A stretch of 64,000 nucleotides of DNA from Eledone cirrhosa (lineage: Eukaryota): positions 102,672,001 to 102,736,000 of the forward strand of contig OZ024744.1 of NCBI GenBank assembly GCA_964016885.1, written 5' to 3'. The position numbers were made by a program, and so were the translations under genes. The notes beneath the pieces were generated by a model. The model saw only the letters and a program-made list of their open reading frames with translations. It searched no databases and was not told the origin of the DNA. Below, piece after piece: positions 28,391-40,589 of the stretch; the first letter of the stretch is position 1, and each line of letters opens with the position of its first letter.

Positions 28391-31300
28391 AAGACCCTAA
28401 GTAGACACTTGGTGGCTACTTTGTGGTGTTTTAGATCTTGACCAAGACATTATAATCTGAGGTGGAAAGTCCCCCAGAGAGGTCTTTAGTGGGACCAGCG
28501 TAGAACTTCTGGTGCAGATGAGCCCAGAAAGGATAGTGAAGATCCCACAGAGAATTCATTTAGATGGAGAGACCTACATAAATATTCCAGTTGAGGGTAG
28601 GCGACCCGTGTGTTACCACTGCGCAAGCAGAGGTCACCCGAGGGCTGCATGCCCTCAACTGATAAAAAAGAAACCATTATTACAAACACCACAAACAATA
28701 ACACCACCAACACCACCACAACCACCACAACAACAACATCAACAAGAGGGGTGTAACAACCTCAAGGGGTTAATCGGCCGATTTGACCTGGCTAGATTTT
28801 CCGACTGTGCCAACCTGGACTTGGACAACCACAGCTGTCAATCTAGATCGTACCTAGATAGGTTCTTAGTTAGAATTAAGGATAGGGACTTTTTAAGTTG
28901 TCCAGAAATGCTTATGGTTGGCTATTCAGACCACAAGTTAGTGACCTGCATAGTCCACCTTAGAACGCATAGGCAGGGACCCGGTTACTGGAAGCTCAAC
29001 TTGTCCTTACCGGCAAGTAGAGCTTACAGGGACCGGATTAGAACCTTAGTTAAGGAGCGGTTGACGGGCGCCATCGCCAACAGCAGGTGGTGGGGCTCTC
29101 TGAAAAGAGAGATTCGAGTAGTTTCAATAGGAGTTAGTAAGGAGTTAGCCTGAAATAGAAATAGGAAGGAAAGGGAGTTGGTAGTTAATGTTGAAGAGGC
29201 AATTAGAAGCGGCAACGTGGCCAAAGTGAAAGCGTCGAGAACAGCCTTGATCCAGTTCTTTGACGCGAAACACGAAGGCTGCGTTGTCCGTAGCAAAATA
29301 CGTGCTCTGGGAAACAAGGGGACCAAAGCTGTTAGCTGGGCCAGCGTGACAGAAGCCAAAAGTGGGATTAGATCCACTATCTGGTCTTTGCGAGACCAGG
29401 ATGGACGGGTGATCCTTGAACCTAAGCAAATGTGCGAGGCCTTTCAAAGGCACTTTGCCCGATTGTTCGGGAGGGCGGGGGGGGGGGGGGGATTTCAGTC
29501 CATACCTCGACGGCCTGCCACGTCTTTTGGACGAGGAGGCTAGGTCCTGCGACGGGCTGATCTCAGCTGCTGAAATAGGGGATGTGCTAAGCCTATGCGG
29601 CAAACGCAAATCTCCAGGCCTCGATGGTCTGACCTACGAACTATATATTAATATGCCGGACTTGTTCCCCGATCTCCTCGAGGCGGTCTACTGCAACTGG
29701 CAACAGAATGGGAGAATTCCCTGTTCTGTGACCAAGGGCGTAGTCTCGCTAGTGAGGAAGGACGATAACAAGGGGGATGACATTAGTAATTTTAGGCCCA
29801 TAACTCTGCTAAATGCAGAGTTAAAGATTTTGGCCAAGGGGTTAGCGAAGAGGCTGGCGCTTGTCATGGAGGGCCTGGTGGGAGATGCACAGACATGCGC
29901 TATCCCGTCCAGGTTCATCCACAACAACCTCCACCTCATGCGATACATCATAGAGAGGGTTGGGAACGAACCCGGTTTTGGTGGGGCCCTGATCAATTTA
30001 GATCAGTCTAAAGGTTTCGATAGGGTGGACCATGGTTACCTGGATGCGGTGCTAGCGGCGGCTGGTTTCGGACCTGTTTTCAGGGGCTGGATCACTGCCA
30101 TGCATAGCAGCCACATCTGCTCTAGAGTCAAGGTGAATGGCTACCTCTCGGAGCCGTTCGAAATCACCCGCTCCATCCGACAGGGGTGCCCTCTCTCCTC
30201 CCTTCTGTATGTATTGGCTCTCGAGCCACTACTGCAGAAGTCGGAGTTGTTGCAGGGCATCCCTTTGGAACCGGAATTGCGCAAAGCGGTGTCGGCCTAC
30301 GCCGATGACGTAACAGTAATGGTGTCGACCACCTCGGAAATCGGGGCAACGGCACCTTATTGGAGGAGTACGAAAGGTTGACAGGGGCTAAGCTGAAATG
30401 GGACAAGTCAGTTGCTTTGCAACTCGGCGAGTGGAGGGGCAAAGCGATGCTGTCTGACGGTATCGTCGGAAGGTGGATGGAGGGCCCGGTGAATTTGCTT
30501 GGGGTCTGGTTCGGACCGGACCTCCAGGTGGAGAAAAACTGAGGTGAGGTTACAAATAGGGTGTTTGCACTGACCCCGAAGTGGGCCGAGTGCAAACGAT
30601 CCCTGAAAGGTCGGGCGGAGGTGGCGAACGCTTACATAGCATCCGTCATCTATTACCGCTTGACTGTCGTGCCTTGCCCGGGTGAGATCCTCACCAAAAT
30701 GTAGCGCGCTCTCTTCCAATCCTTTGGAAGAAGAGGGCTCCTCTGGTGAGGAGATCCATCTCCTGTCAACACCTTTTGAAAGGAGGGCTGGGGATGCCGT
30801 GGCTAAAAATGCGGAAACACGCATTGAGGCTACGACACCTCCAGGTATTCCTCACCGATCAACCGGTGTGGGCCCCATTTGTGAGGCGAGCCTTTCCGAG
30901 GCTCGTCTCGCTCACCGAGCTGCAGTCCTGGGTGAAGCAAAGACCGGGAAAACTGGGCGACTGGCACAACGAGTGTGCCCAGGTGCTCACGGCTCTCTGG
31001 CAGGCGGACCCGGCTATCAGTGGAGACTCCACCTCGCCATTCTATAGAGGGCTGGTGGTTAGCAGGTGCGACGACGCTCTCGGAAAAACCCTAGGAATGG
31101 AGGAGGACGAACTGGCCAGCCTACTCGGTAGGACATTCGGCCCGGGACCTATGGACAACTTCCAGAAGTCCTTGGCCTGGCAGTGCTATCGAGGGGCTCT
31201 GCCTGTTCGGGATAAGCTCTACAGACACGGGCGCCCGGGTAGGGACCCCTCGAAAAGATCTGTCCCAGATGCGTGCGCGACGAGGAAACCGTCGCGCACG

Positions 31301-31900
31301 CATTGGTACACTGCCCCGCTGTTGCCGATCTGTGGGGCTATGTCGAACGACTGCTGTCATGGGTTGGACCAATCAGGTTGACCACTGAGTCCATTGTAAC
31401 GATCAAGCCGCCTCCCCCTTCAAAAATGAAGGAGAGGCGGTCTTCCTCTGTGTAATAGCCATGGTAAAAGAGGTTGTATGGTGGACGCATCTAAAAGGGC
31501 TGAGGTCGGACACCTTTCTTTCTGGCCAACAACTAGTCCTTTTCTTCTGATACCATTTCGGAAGAAGGATCAGGAAGGAGAGAGAGGTGCTCGACCACAG
31601 CCAGTTTTATGAAAGGTGAGTGAAAGTTGCGAGAATGGCCCGTGTGAATGGGCCTTCTCTCTACCTCAGCCTGTAGGTGGAAAAGGAAGAAGGGAGCACC
31701 CTCTTTGTGCTCCCGTGGAGAAGGGTCGCACATTTTTTTCCGGGTGTGTGTGTGACCCCAAAACGATCCCTCCCTATTGAGGACCTTTTTGTTATAATTT
31801 TATTTGTTATTAAATTTTTTTTACTCAATTTTTATGTAAACACCCCCCCCCCATGTATGTGTCCCTTTCTTTTGTGCCCTCGTGGCAAATAAACAGAAAT
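28391..31900 (+). mobile_element. L1/Tx1-like LINE, internally deleted and decayed, with 3' end and polyA signal
   Basis: Gag knuckle CYHCASRGHPRAAC; SDH and YWKLN; RT NFRPITLLN, DQSKGFDRV, RQGCPLS, AYADDV; C-terminal CPRC..ETVAHALVHC; AATAAA at ~31888 followed by (TGTC)n. Confidence 0.93.
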
Positions 31901-31901
31901 T

Positions 31902-31992
<91 letters not shown>

Positions 31993-32181
31993 CGTTTAAT
32001 GTTCATTTTTCCATGCTAACATGGGTTAGACAGGTTTTCCTGTTTGAAGCAAGTTGGGTCAGATGACCATGACTTGCTCATATAGAACTGTTTCTGGCTT
32101 AGTTTCTACGGCTAGATCCCCTTCCTAATGCCAACCACATTTACATTGTGGGCTGGGTGCTTTTCGTTGTGTCACCTACAT

Positions 32182-33143
32182 CAGTGGTGTCCAACCTTTC
32201 TAAAACCGAGGAACCCTCTAAATATTTTGAATTCTTCACAAAACTTTTCAAAAAAAAATAATAAAGTATTTATTTATTTTAGTGAACTTACGTTGTGAGA
32301 ACAGCGAACTGACCCAGTCTCTCGGCTGAGAGACCTCGCTGAACTGAAGTTTTCAGTTTAAAGTTATGCTGTCACCGACCAACATTTACTTGTTTGTGAT
32401 TGGTCAATTTCTAAGTTCAATTAGTGTATTATCAGTATTATCAGTAGTAGTCAAATTCTCGGAATTCAGAAAACTATGTCTTCCCAAGAATAATAATAAT
32501 TAAATTATTGTGTAAAGTGCTCAGGTGCACTACAACTCGTCAAAGGTGTATGTATAGTACAAAAAAATTATACACAAATGTCAGGGAAATGAATAGTGTA
32601 TGAGTCATGGTATACATGTGTGTATGTGTATGGAGGGGGACCATTAGGTGTAGTGTTGGCGGATCTCGGGAAGCATGGAGGCCTTAAAGGATGCAGTGTC
32701 TCGACAGCTAACAACCGATGCAGGTAGTTTGTTCCATGCCTCAGCAACTCTGAACGTGAAAAATGTTTCCGAAAGTCATGGGAACTGTGCTGTTTTCTGA
32801 CTTTGTGGGCATGCCCACGTGTGTTAGACACATGGAAATAAAAAAATTGATGTGAATTGATGTGAAATTGAAAGTATTTAATTTCCACGAATCTCAGAAC
32901 AGTGTCTTTCTGCTAATTCAGGTGAGAAACTGAAAGTAGTGTTTTCCACGAATTGGAGTGGAGAACCTGTGTACACTACAATAGTACTCGTTCATTTATA
33001 CATTGCACCTTTGGCATTTTCTTTGCACCTTTTTCAGAAAACCCAAAATATTAATGGTAATGTAATTATTTATTTTTTTAAGGAACCCGGAGTTTGTTTT
33101 ACGGAACCCCAAGGTTCCGCGGAACCCATGTTGGCGACCACTG
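32182..33143. mobile_element. Non-autonomous hAT (Charlie-like) element
   Basis: TIRs CAGTGGTGTCCAAC / GTTGGCGACCACTG; 8-bp TSD ACCTACAT at 32174-32181 and 33144-33151; subterminal GGAACCC repeats. Confidence 0.9.
32490..32860 (-). mobile_element. CR1-clade LINE 3' fragment nested in the hAT MITE
   Basis: Minus strand TRGHAHKVRKQ..FRKHF, then frameshifted RVAEAWNKLPASVV..FK (CR1-type ORF2 C-terminus); (TTA)n tail. Confidence 0.8.
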
Positions 33144-33418
33144 ACCTACATGACCACTTTACAATGTAGACTGGGTGCTTTTTGTCATCTCACCAACATG
33201 ATCACTTTACAATGTAGACTGGGTGCTTTTTGTCATGACATCTACATGACCACTTTACAGTATGGACTGGGTGCTTTTTGTCATGACACCTACATGACCA
33301 TTTTACAGTGTAGACTGGGTGCTTTTAGTTGAGACACCTACATGACCACTTTACAGTGGGCTGGATTCTTTTTGTTGTGACACCTACATGACCACTTTAC
33401 AGTGTGGGCTGTATATAT

Positions 33419-33451
<33 letters not shown>

Positions 33452-33453
<2 letters not shown>

Positions 33454-33715
33454 AAACCACTGGGAGTGAAGGACCCCTAGCCTTTGTCAGAGCATTCTTC
33501 TAGAAGGCAACACAGGAAACTGGGATAACTCCAATATAAAACCTGCAGCTCAGTAGTTACCATTGATGTTGATCTTTTCTTCTTTTCGGATTATAGCTAC
33601 TGTCTCTCAGAGAGTGGGATTGGCTCAGTGCAGTCTTTCCTCACTTTAAAAAAAATTCTTCACGCACAGGCATTGCATGATAGAATTAATTAATAATTAT
33701 TAATAGTGTTATTAT
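33452..33715 (+). mobile_element. Copy of second bipartite RTE-derived family
   Basis: Closely similar to 8192-8440. Confidence 0.8.
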
Positions 33716-33739
33716 TATTGTCATTGTTATGACCATACT

Positions 33740-36700
33740 GTAAAATGGAGGGGTAGAGAGGGCCCATGGATCCAGTAAGACATCCTCTCTAGTGCTGGTG
33801 GCACGAATAAAAGCACCCAGTCCATGCTGTAAAGTGATGCTGGTGTTAGGAAGGGCATCCAACCAGTGTATCAATGCCAAAACAATTATGAGCACAACAA
33901 CAAATATATATTACAATAACTGCGTAAACAGCAATAATACTAACCATGTTAGGGCTGCACACGGTAGTGGGGTGGCTGGTGCAGCCATGTGCAAGAACCC
34001 TCCGACCGTCTTCAAGCAATCGCACTACAGGAAAAGGAACAATAATATGTAGACGTTGCATCTCAGAGTTGCAACACTTAATGTTGGCACTCTCACAGGT
34101 AGATCTGGTGAAATAGTGGAGATGCTGGTGAGAAGGCATGTGGATGTGTGCTGTGTGCAAGAGGTGAGGTGGAGAGGTGCCTCAGCGAGACTAATCGCAG
34201 GCAAACATGTTAGTTATAAGCTTTTCTGGGTGGGTAATGATGATGGGTTAGGTGGAGTGGGAATATTACTGGCTGAGAGATGGATCAATAAGACAATAGA
34301 GGTAGTTAGTGTTAGTAATAGAATAATTAAGCTTAGATTAGTTGTAGGCAAGAGACTACTGACAATCGTGTCTGCCTATGCTCCCCAGGTAGGCCTAGGT
34401 AAAGAAGAGCAACTTTTACAAACAGCCGCAATGACGGAGGATGGAGACATCGTTATGCTAGCAGGGGACTTCAATGGTCATGTTGGACAGCTCCAGGTTA
34501 CACTGGAGTACATGGTGGGCATGGTTACGGCTCAAGAAATGAAGGAGTGAGACTTCTTGAATTTTGAGATGCGAGTACACTAACCATTTGCAACACTAAC
34601 TTCCAGAAACCTGCCAACCACCTAATAATCTACAAATCAGGTGAGCCCATAAGCCAGATTGACTTCTTACTAGTTAGGCAGCGGGACAGGCAGATGGTGT
34701 CAAATACCAAGGCATACCCTGGGGAAGAATGTACCCCACAGCATAGGTTAGTCGTTAGTGATATCTCAGTAAGCAAGCGATGGAATGAGGCATGAGAAGA
34801 AAGGTCTGGAAGCTAAAATACAAATTTAGGAAAGCCCTTCAAGATGTGTATGACGAAAAAGAAGACAATTTAGAGTCGTATGACATAGATGATAACTGGA
34901 ATTTCTTATGTGACAACTTTTTGCAGGCTACTAATGAAACTTGTGGCTGGAGCAGAGCTCCAACCAGACAGAGAGTGACCTGGTGGTGGAACAGAATGGT
35001 AGATAGGGCCATTAGAGACAAAAGACTAGCATGGAGGACTTGGAAAAAGGGTGGGAGTAGAGAAAGATATACAGCCACTAAAAGAGAAGCTAGACATCAG
35101 GTGTACTTAGTACGCAGGGATGCTGAGAGTAGGAGGTTTGCCGATGTTCTGCGATGGGAAGATCAGAGATGTGCGGTGTTCCACATTGCAAGGCAGTGTG
35201 TCAATGCAAATTAAGATGTTGTTGGAGATAAATGTGTCCGGAATGATGTTGGTGTACTTAGTGTCACGAATGATTAGAAAAAGGAGGCCTGGAAATGTCA
35301 TTATAAGAGACTGATGAATGTGGAGAACGAATGGGAGAGAGAGAAATTACTCCCAGTAGATATGACAGGGGCACCAGCTATTGAGATTGACGAATATAGG
35401 GTCCAAGAGGCGATTAAGGAAATGAAAAATGGTAAGGCCGCTGGCCCGTCGGGGATAGATGCTGAGATGCTGAAGGCATCGGGGGACGTAGGCACTAAAC
35501 TGGTTGCAGGCATCATCAATCAGGCTATATATGGCGGTGTCATACCCAAAGACTGGTGCAGCAGTATTCTCATAAATTGCTACAAAGGTAAAGGGGATGC
35601 TCTGGAGAGGAACAATTATAGGGGTATAAAACTGATGGATCAGGTTATGAAGATGGCAGAAAGGATATTAGCACAACTAATTAGAGAAAGGGTCAAACTA
35701 GATGAGATGCAGTTTGGTTTTGTGTCTGGGAAAAGTACAACAGATGCCCTCTTCTTGGTGAGACAATTACAAGAGTGGTTCTTAGAGAAGAATAAGCCAC
35801 TATACTTAGCTTTTGTTGACCTAGAGAAGGCCTTTGATAGGCTACCCCGATCTGTCATTTGGTGGTCCATAAGGAAACTAGGTGTTGAGGAATGGCTTAT
35901 GAGGACAGTGCAAGCTATGTACAGGGGTGCTGTCAATAAAGTGAGGGTAGGAATGGAATTTAGTGAGGAATTCCAGATACAAGTAGGAGTATATCAGGGT
36001 TGGGAAATAACAGTTAGATTCAAGAGGACTGAGAGTGAACATAGCTAAGACAAAAGTGTTGATGAGTAGAAAAGAGGACAAAACTCTGATTCCATCAGGG
36101 AAATGGTCATGTTCGATATGCATAAAAGGAACTGGCATAAATTCTATAAAATGCACACAATGCAGATCTTCGGTACACAAGAGATGTACTGGGATAGCAG
36201 GTAAACTAACAGGTAGGGAGAAATACGTATGCATTAGATGTACAGGGAAATTAGACAGTAGAAGTCGCATTGATAGACACATTTTTCAAATGCAGGTGGG
36301 TTTTATAGAAGTGGTTGATAGCTTCCGGTGCCTAGGTGATTAAATTAGCATGGGAGGGGGGGGGGGGTATTCCGAGGCCATAGTATCTAGAATAAAGACG
36401 GGCTGGAAGAAGTTTAAGGAGCTGCTTCCTCTGCTGATAAAGAAGGCTTTCTCCCTGTGTACGAAAGGCCGGTTATATGATGCCTGTGTGAGGAACGCGA
36501 TGCTGCATGGTAGTGAGACATGGGCAGCAACTGCAGAGGATATGCGATGGCTGGAGAGAGATGAGGCAAACATGCTCCATTGGATGTGCAATGTCAATGT
36601 GCGTGAACAACAGAGCATGAATGCGTTGAGAAAGAAACTGTGCCTGAGAGGGATAGATTGTAGTGTGTGGGAGACGAGGCTGCGGTGGTATGGACATGTG

Positions 36701-36940
36701 ATGCGCATGGAGGATGACCGATGGGTGAAGAAGTGCCAGGAAATGCCAGTTGAAGGAATACGTGGTAGAGGAAGACCACGAAAAATCTGAGCGGAGGTGG
36801 TGAGAACAGACCTCAGATCGCTGAAGTTCACGGTGGAGATGGCGAAGGACCGTGACAAGTGGAGAGATGCTGTGCTGAATAAGACCCGTCCCACCCTTGC
36901 AAGCAGGGAAGAGCGGACGTAAAATGATGATGATGATGAT
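33740..36940 (+). mobile_element. Near full-length decayed RTE LINE (5'UTR, APE endonuclease, RT with internal deletion, PHD-like insert, (GAT)n tail)
   Basis: LRVATLNVGTL, QEVRW, SAYAPQVG, GDFNGHVG, GKAAGPSGI, NYRGIKL, FVDLEKAFD and RLRWYGHVMRM; multiple stops. Confidence 0.95.
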
Positions 36941-36965
36941 ATATATATATATATATATATATATA

Positions 36966-37318
36966 TGGAGGCACATGGCTTAGAGGTTAGAGCATTGTCC
37001 TTGCAATCGAAAGGTTGTGAGTTCAATTCTCAGACCGGGAGATGTGTTGTTTCCTTGAGCAAGACACTTTATTTCACATTGCTCCAGTTTACTCAGCTGT
37101 AGAAATGAGATGATAGGGGGGACTGGGGTCCATATCATTCCACTGCAAAGTGGTCGTGGAGGTGCCACGGCAAAAAAGCACCCAGCACTCACTGTAAATG
37201 AGGTTGGTGTTAGGAAGGGCATCCAGCTGTAGAAATCAAGCCAGAATCAGTTCCTGTCCCACCCTTGCAAGCAGGGAAAGGCGGACATAAAATGAAATGA
37301 TGATGATGAATGATGATA
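36966..37318 (+). mobile_element. tRNA-headed SINE with CORE-like body, RTE-UTR module and RTE 3' tail
   Basis: A-box TGGCTTAGAGG, B-box GAGTTCAATTC, CCTTGAGCAAGACACTTTA, AGGAAGGGCATCCAG; the tail CCCACCCTTGCAAGCAGGGAA..GATGATG matches the adjacent RTE 3' end. Confidence 0.8.
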
Positions 37319-37914
37319 TATATTTAGCTCCGCTTAAATGATTATTTGTCTAGTTGATTTCTACAGACTAGGGTAAAGAAAAATTGGGTATATTTTATCT
37401 GACTGTTCTTCAAACTTGCAATTTTATATATAGCTCTGATTAATAATTATTTGCTTAATTAAGTTTTTCATTGAGCCACATTGCGAAAGGTAGCCACATT
37501 CATATATGTATCTGTGACTATGTCTATATATATACATATATATATCCCTATGAATTTATTCTATACTCCCGTTCAGTCGAGTAAACTTTAGGCAGTAACT
37601 AACTGCTCCTTCTAGCAGCCAACCTACCTGCCACCTGGCCTACCATTCGCTGGCCACGTGATGATTCTTACCCATTTTGAATTTATTTCTAGCGGTGATC
37701 ACTGTAGAAATTTTATTCCAAAGTTGAGAGTCTCTTGATAAGCTCTAAACCTCATGGATAATACCAGGATTGGGCATATCCACAAAGTACGAGTGAAACT
37801 ATCGATAGTCGGGACTAGAGGAATTTTGGTAAAGTTTATATGCATTTTTTCTTCAAACTTACATTTTAGACTTAGCTCCGTTTAATTCTACAGGCAAACC
37901 TCATTCCAGTCATT

Positions 37915-38903
37915 CTTATACAGTCCCATCAGGAAATTTGCTGATGCCCCTTCAGCTCCATAGGAGCCAGGTTGGAGCTGTAGGGTGGATGTTTTACCAC
38001 TTTCACTCCCCTGTTGGCCACCCAGGTGGTCACCAGCATTGACTTATGACGTGAAGTATTGTTCTGGTAGAACCACCATTCTCTACTGCTGTGGCCTCCT
38101 CTTTCTCTCCTTGAACATTTTCAGAATTTCAAGGTAGTACTCCTTATTGATGGTTTATCCCTCAAGAACCCATTAAATGTGAATTAGCCCCTGGGAGTCA
38201 TGGTCTTCTCTTGTGACCTGCTTATCCTTGCCTTCTGGGGGAGGACATGTACTTCCACTGGGCACCCTGACATTTACTCTCAAGTTGAATACCCAACTTT
38301 TGTCACAAGTCACTACTTTATTCAGGACCCAGAATTAGTTGGTATCATATCAAGAAAGTCATTGCAACATTCCATACAAAACTGCCTCTGGTAATTGGAG
38401 AGGATCTTTAGTAGACTTTGTGGAGCTCCAAATCTTTGGTCACAATTGTCTCGATTGTACCAATGCAAATAGCTTCAGGTATCATCTTCACAGTAGCTTG
38501 AAGGTCTTGTATTACCAACCTTTGCACTTCCTCAATGTTCTCCTCTTTTCATGCTCTGTTTGGTGCTCCAGATCTGCATTCATCCTCAACCCATATGTAG
38601 TAACTTGCTCTGCTCATCATTTCACCCTCATAGGCCTCATCTGACATTCCATAAGCTTCTTCTTCGATTTTCTTAAATTTAACACAAAATTTGATGGTGT
38701 AATGTTGCTCCATGTTTCCCTGCATATCGCCACATGTTGACAGATAGAACAACACTGGTTCTGCCACATACATGACTGTGCTTCAACCTAAGCAGATAGG
38801 AAGTTGCCAGTAAGTCACTTTATACATTATATGTAAGTCTACTTCACCATGAAGTAGCATTCTAACTGAATGATATTTAATGCCGCTCCTGAAATTTTCA
38901 CAT

Positions 38904-38905
<2 letters not shown>
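37915..38905 (-). mobile_element. Decayed mariner transposon
   Basis: Minus strand MEQHYTIKFCVKFKK..AYEGEMMSRA..VEDECRSGAP, G*TINKEYYLEIL and PPYSSNLAP (YSPDLAP-like). Confidence 0.85.
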
Positions 38906-38939
<34 letters not shown>

Positions 38940-39886
38940 GCAACATCCACCCTTACTACCCTCCTGTTGATAGCCAATCGCATGATATTTCTTCCATTTG
39001 AAATTTTCACTGATGGAGTGAACAAGGAAGAATTTTTCTGTCTTGAAATTTCTTTCTTGACTGAGAAAGTCTCCTGATGATTTGAGATTTCTCGCAATAC
39101 TCAGAGTATTGTTATTTTCTCAATGAAACTGCAGTAAAGTAAGTAAGTAAAGATGTTTTTCTTATCTTGCTTGCTTTTCACAGATATGATTATATATATA
39201 TATTTAGTCTGTTTAATATGGAAAATAGATAATCAGTTTGGCTTTAATCGTGGGTTATTGTTAATTACAGTGTTTTGAAATTAAGCAAATATATCTCCAA
39301 AATCTCAAATGATTCCACACACATTCTGTTTTTTGTGTACCATATTGCTGGATCCCCATTTGTCATGATATTGAAAATTCAAGTTGATACAATTCATGAA
39401 ATTAATGTGCAACTGGCTGAGTATTCTGCAGACAAGTGTACTCTTAATTTCATTCTCATAAAGATTCAACATGACAAGTTTAGCCTTTTGAATTACAGGT
39501 ACAAATCACTATTTTTGCCAGCTGAAAGGACTGAACAACATGATATAAAACATCATGCTCAAGGACACAACACACCACTGGAAATCAAACTCACAAACTT
39601 ACAATCATGCACCTAACACCCTAACCCCTACCCCATGCACCTTCACTGTGTTTTTTTTTCTGTAGAATAGTGTACAATTAGTCAAGCCATAACACTTGCT
39701 TGCCATGTTTGTGTGTTTATAAAAAGCATCAGCTAACGATAAACACCAAACAGCAGTCATTTAGTGCGTTCTGCTCTCTTTGTTGCAAATTCTCCAGAAA
39801 TAAAACTACATTTCTTGCTAGACATCTACACATTATTACATTATTACATTACATAAGCCCCCCCCCCCCATATATATATATATTAA

Positions 39887-40120
39887 TAAAAGGAATTCCA
39901 ACTTTGTCTGATTTACTCGTTTCATTTACAATCCTTTAAAATTGCAAACTTGACTGTCACCACACATTATGAACCTAAAGATTGTGAAAGCATGAAAGTA
40001 CTTGTTCAATTAACACTTAACATTTAATATTCTGCCATACTATTTCATTCTAATACCATTATAAATTTTAAAGGATTGTAAATAAAATGAGTAAATCAGA
40101 CAAAGTTGGAATTCCTTTTA
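39887..40120. mobile_element. Mini element: ~57-bp inverted repeats around a decayed minimal hammerhead (39970-40008)
   Basis: Arm TAAAAGGAATTCCAACTTTGTCTGATTTACTC.. and its reverse complement; spacer UGAAC-CUAAAGA-..-GAAA-GUAC-UU-GUUCA. Confidence 0.65.
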
Positions 40121-40161
40121 ATATAATCTTCTATACACAATCATACACACCCATGTATATT

Positions 40162-40208
<47 letters not shown>

Positions 40209-40351
40209 GCAGAGGTTATATTTAATTTGTTGGGATTCAACAAGCTTAAAAATTTTATAACTGATATAAAGCACTCAACTATCAGGGAACTTCAACCGTT
40301 AAGGTTGTCTTTTTTCTGGGTATGTCAATATTTATTTATAAAATAAATCTG

Positions 40352-40417
40352 TATTTTATCTGATGAAAGCGCACCATAATTTGCATTGGTTGCCCTTAAA
40401 ATATATATAATAAAATA
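40352..40417 (+). ncRNA. Decayed minimal type I hammerhead
   Basis: Stem I UAUUUUAU/AUAAAAUA, CUGAUGA, stem II AAG..CUU, AAAA (G12 mutated), palindromic UAUAUA stem III. Confidence 0.5.
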
Positions 40418-40589
40418 ATTATGGTTTTATAAATATAGTTTCCATTTATTAATATATTGTATATATATATATATATATGAATATAGTTACACTCTACTAT
40501 CCCATGTATTGAATACTCTGCTGAATAACGGTCTTACTAGTTTAAAACTAGTAAAATCCTGATCTCCCTCTCTCTCTTTATATATATAT

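Larger units (their letters stand above)
31990..33410 (-). mobile_element. SINE/RTE-UTR module with 48-bp internal tandem repeats, interrupted by a hAT MITE
   Basis: Reverse complement of the AGGAAGGGCATC module at 32100-32170; 48-bp units start at 33144, 33192, 33240, 33288 and 33336. Confidence 0.75.

Noticed and set aside
36966-37045. tRNA gene
   Set aside because: A and B boxes are present, but there is no full cloverleaf and the sequence continues into a SINE body.
38940-39860. Unique-looking island as host exons (acceptor-like TTACTTTACTGCAG on the minus strand at ~39130)
   Set aside because: All frames after the acceptor hit a stop within ten codons and no recognisable protein emerges; a UTR or lncRNA cannot be excluded.
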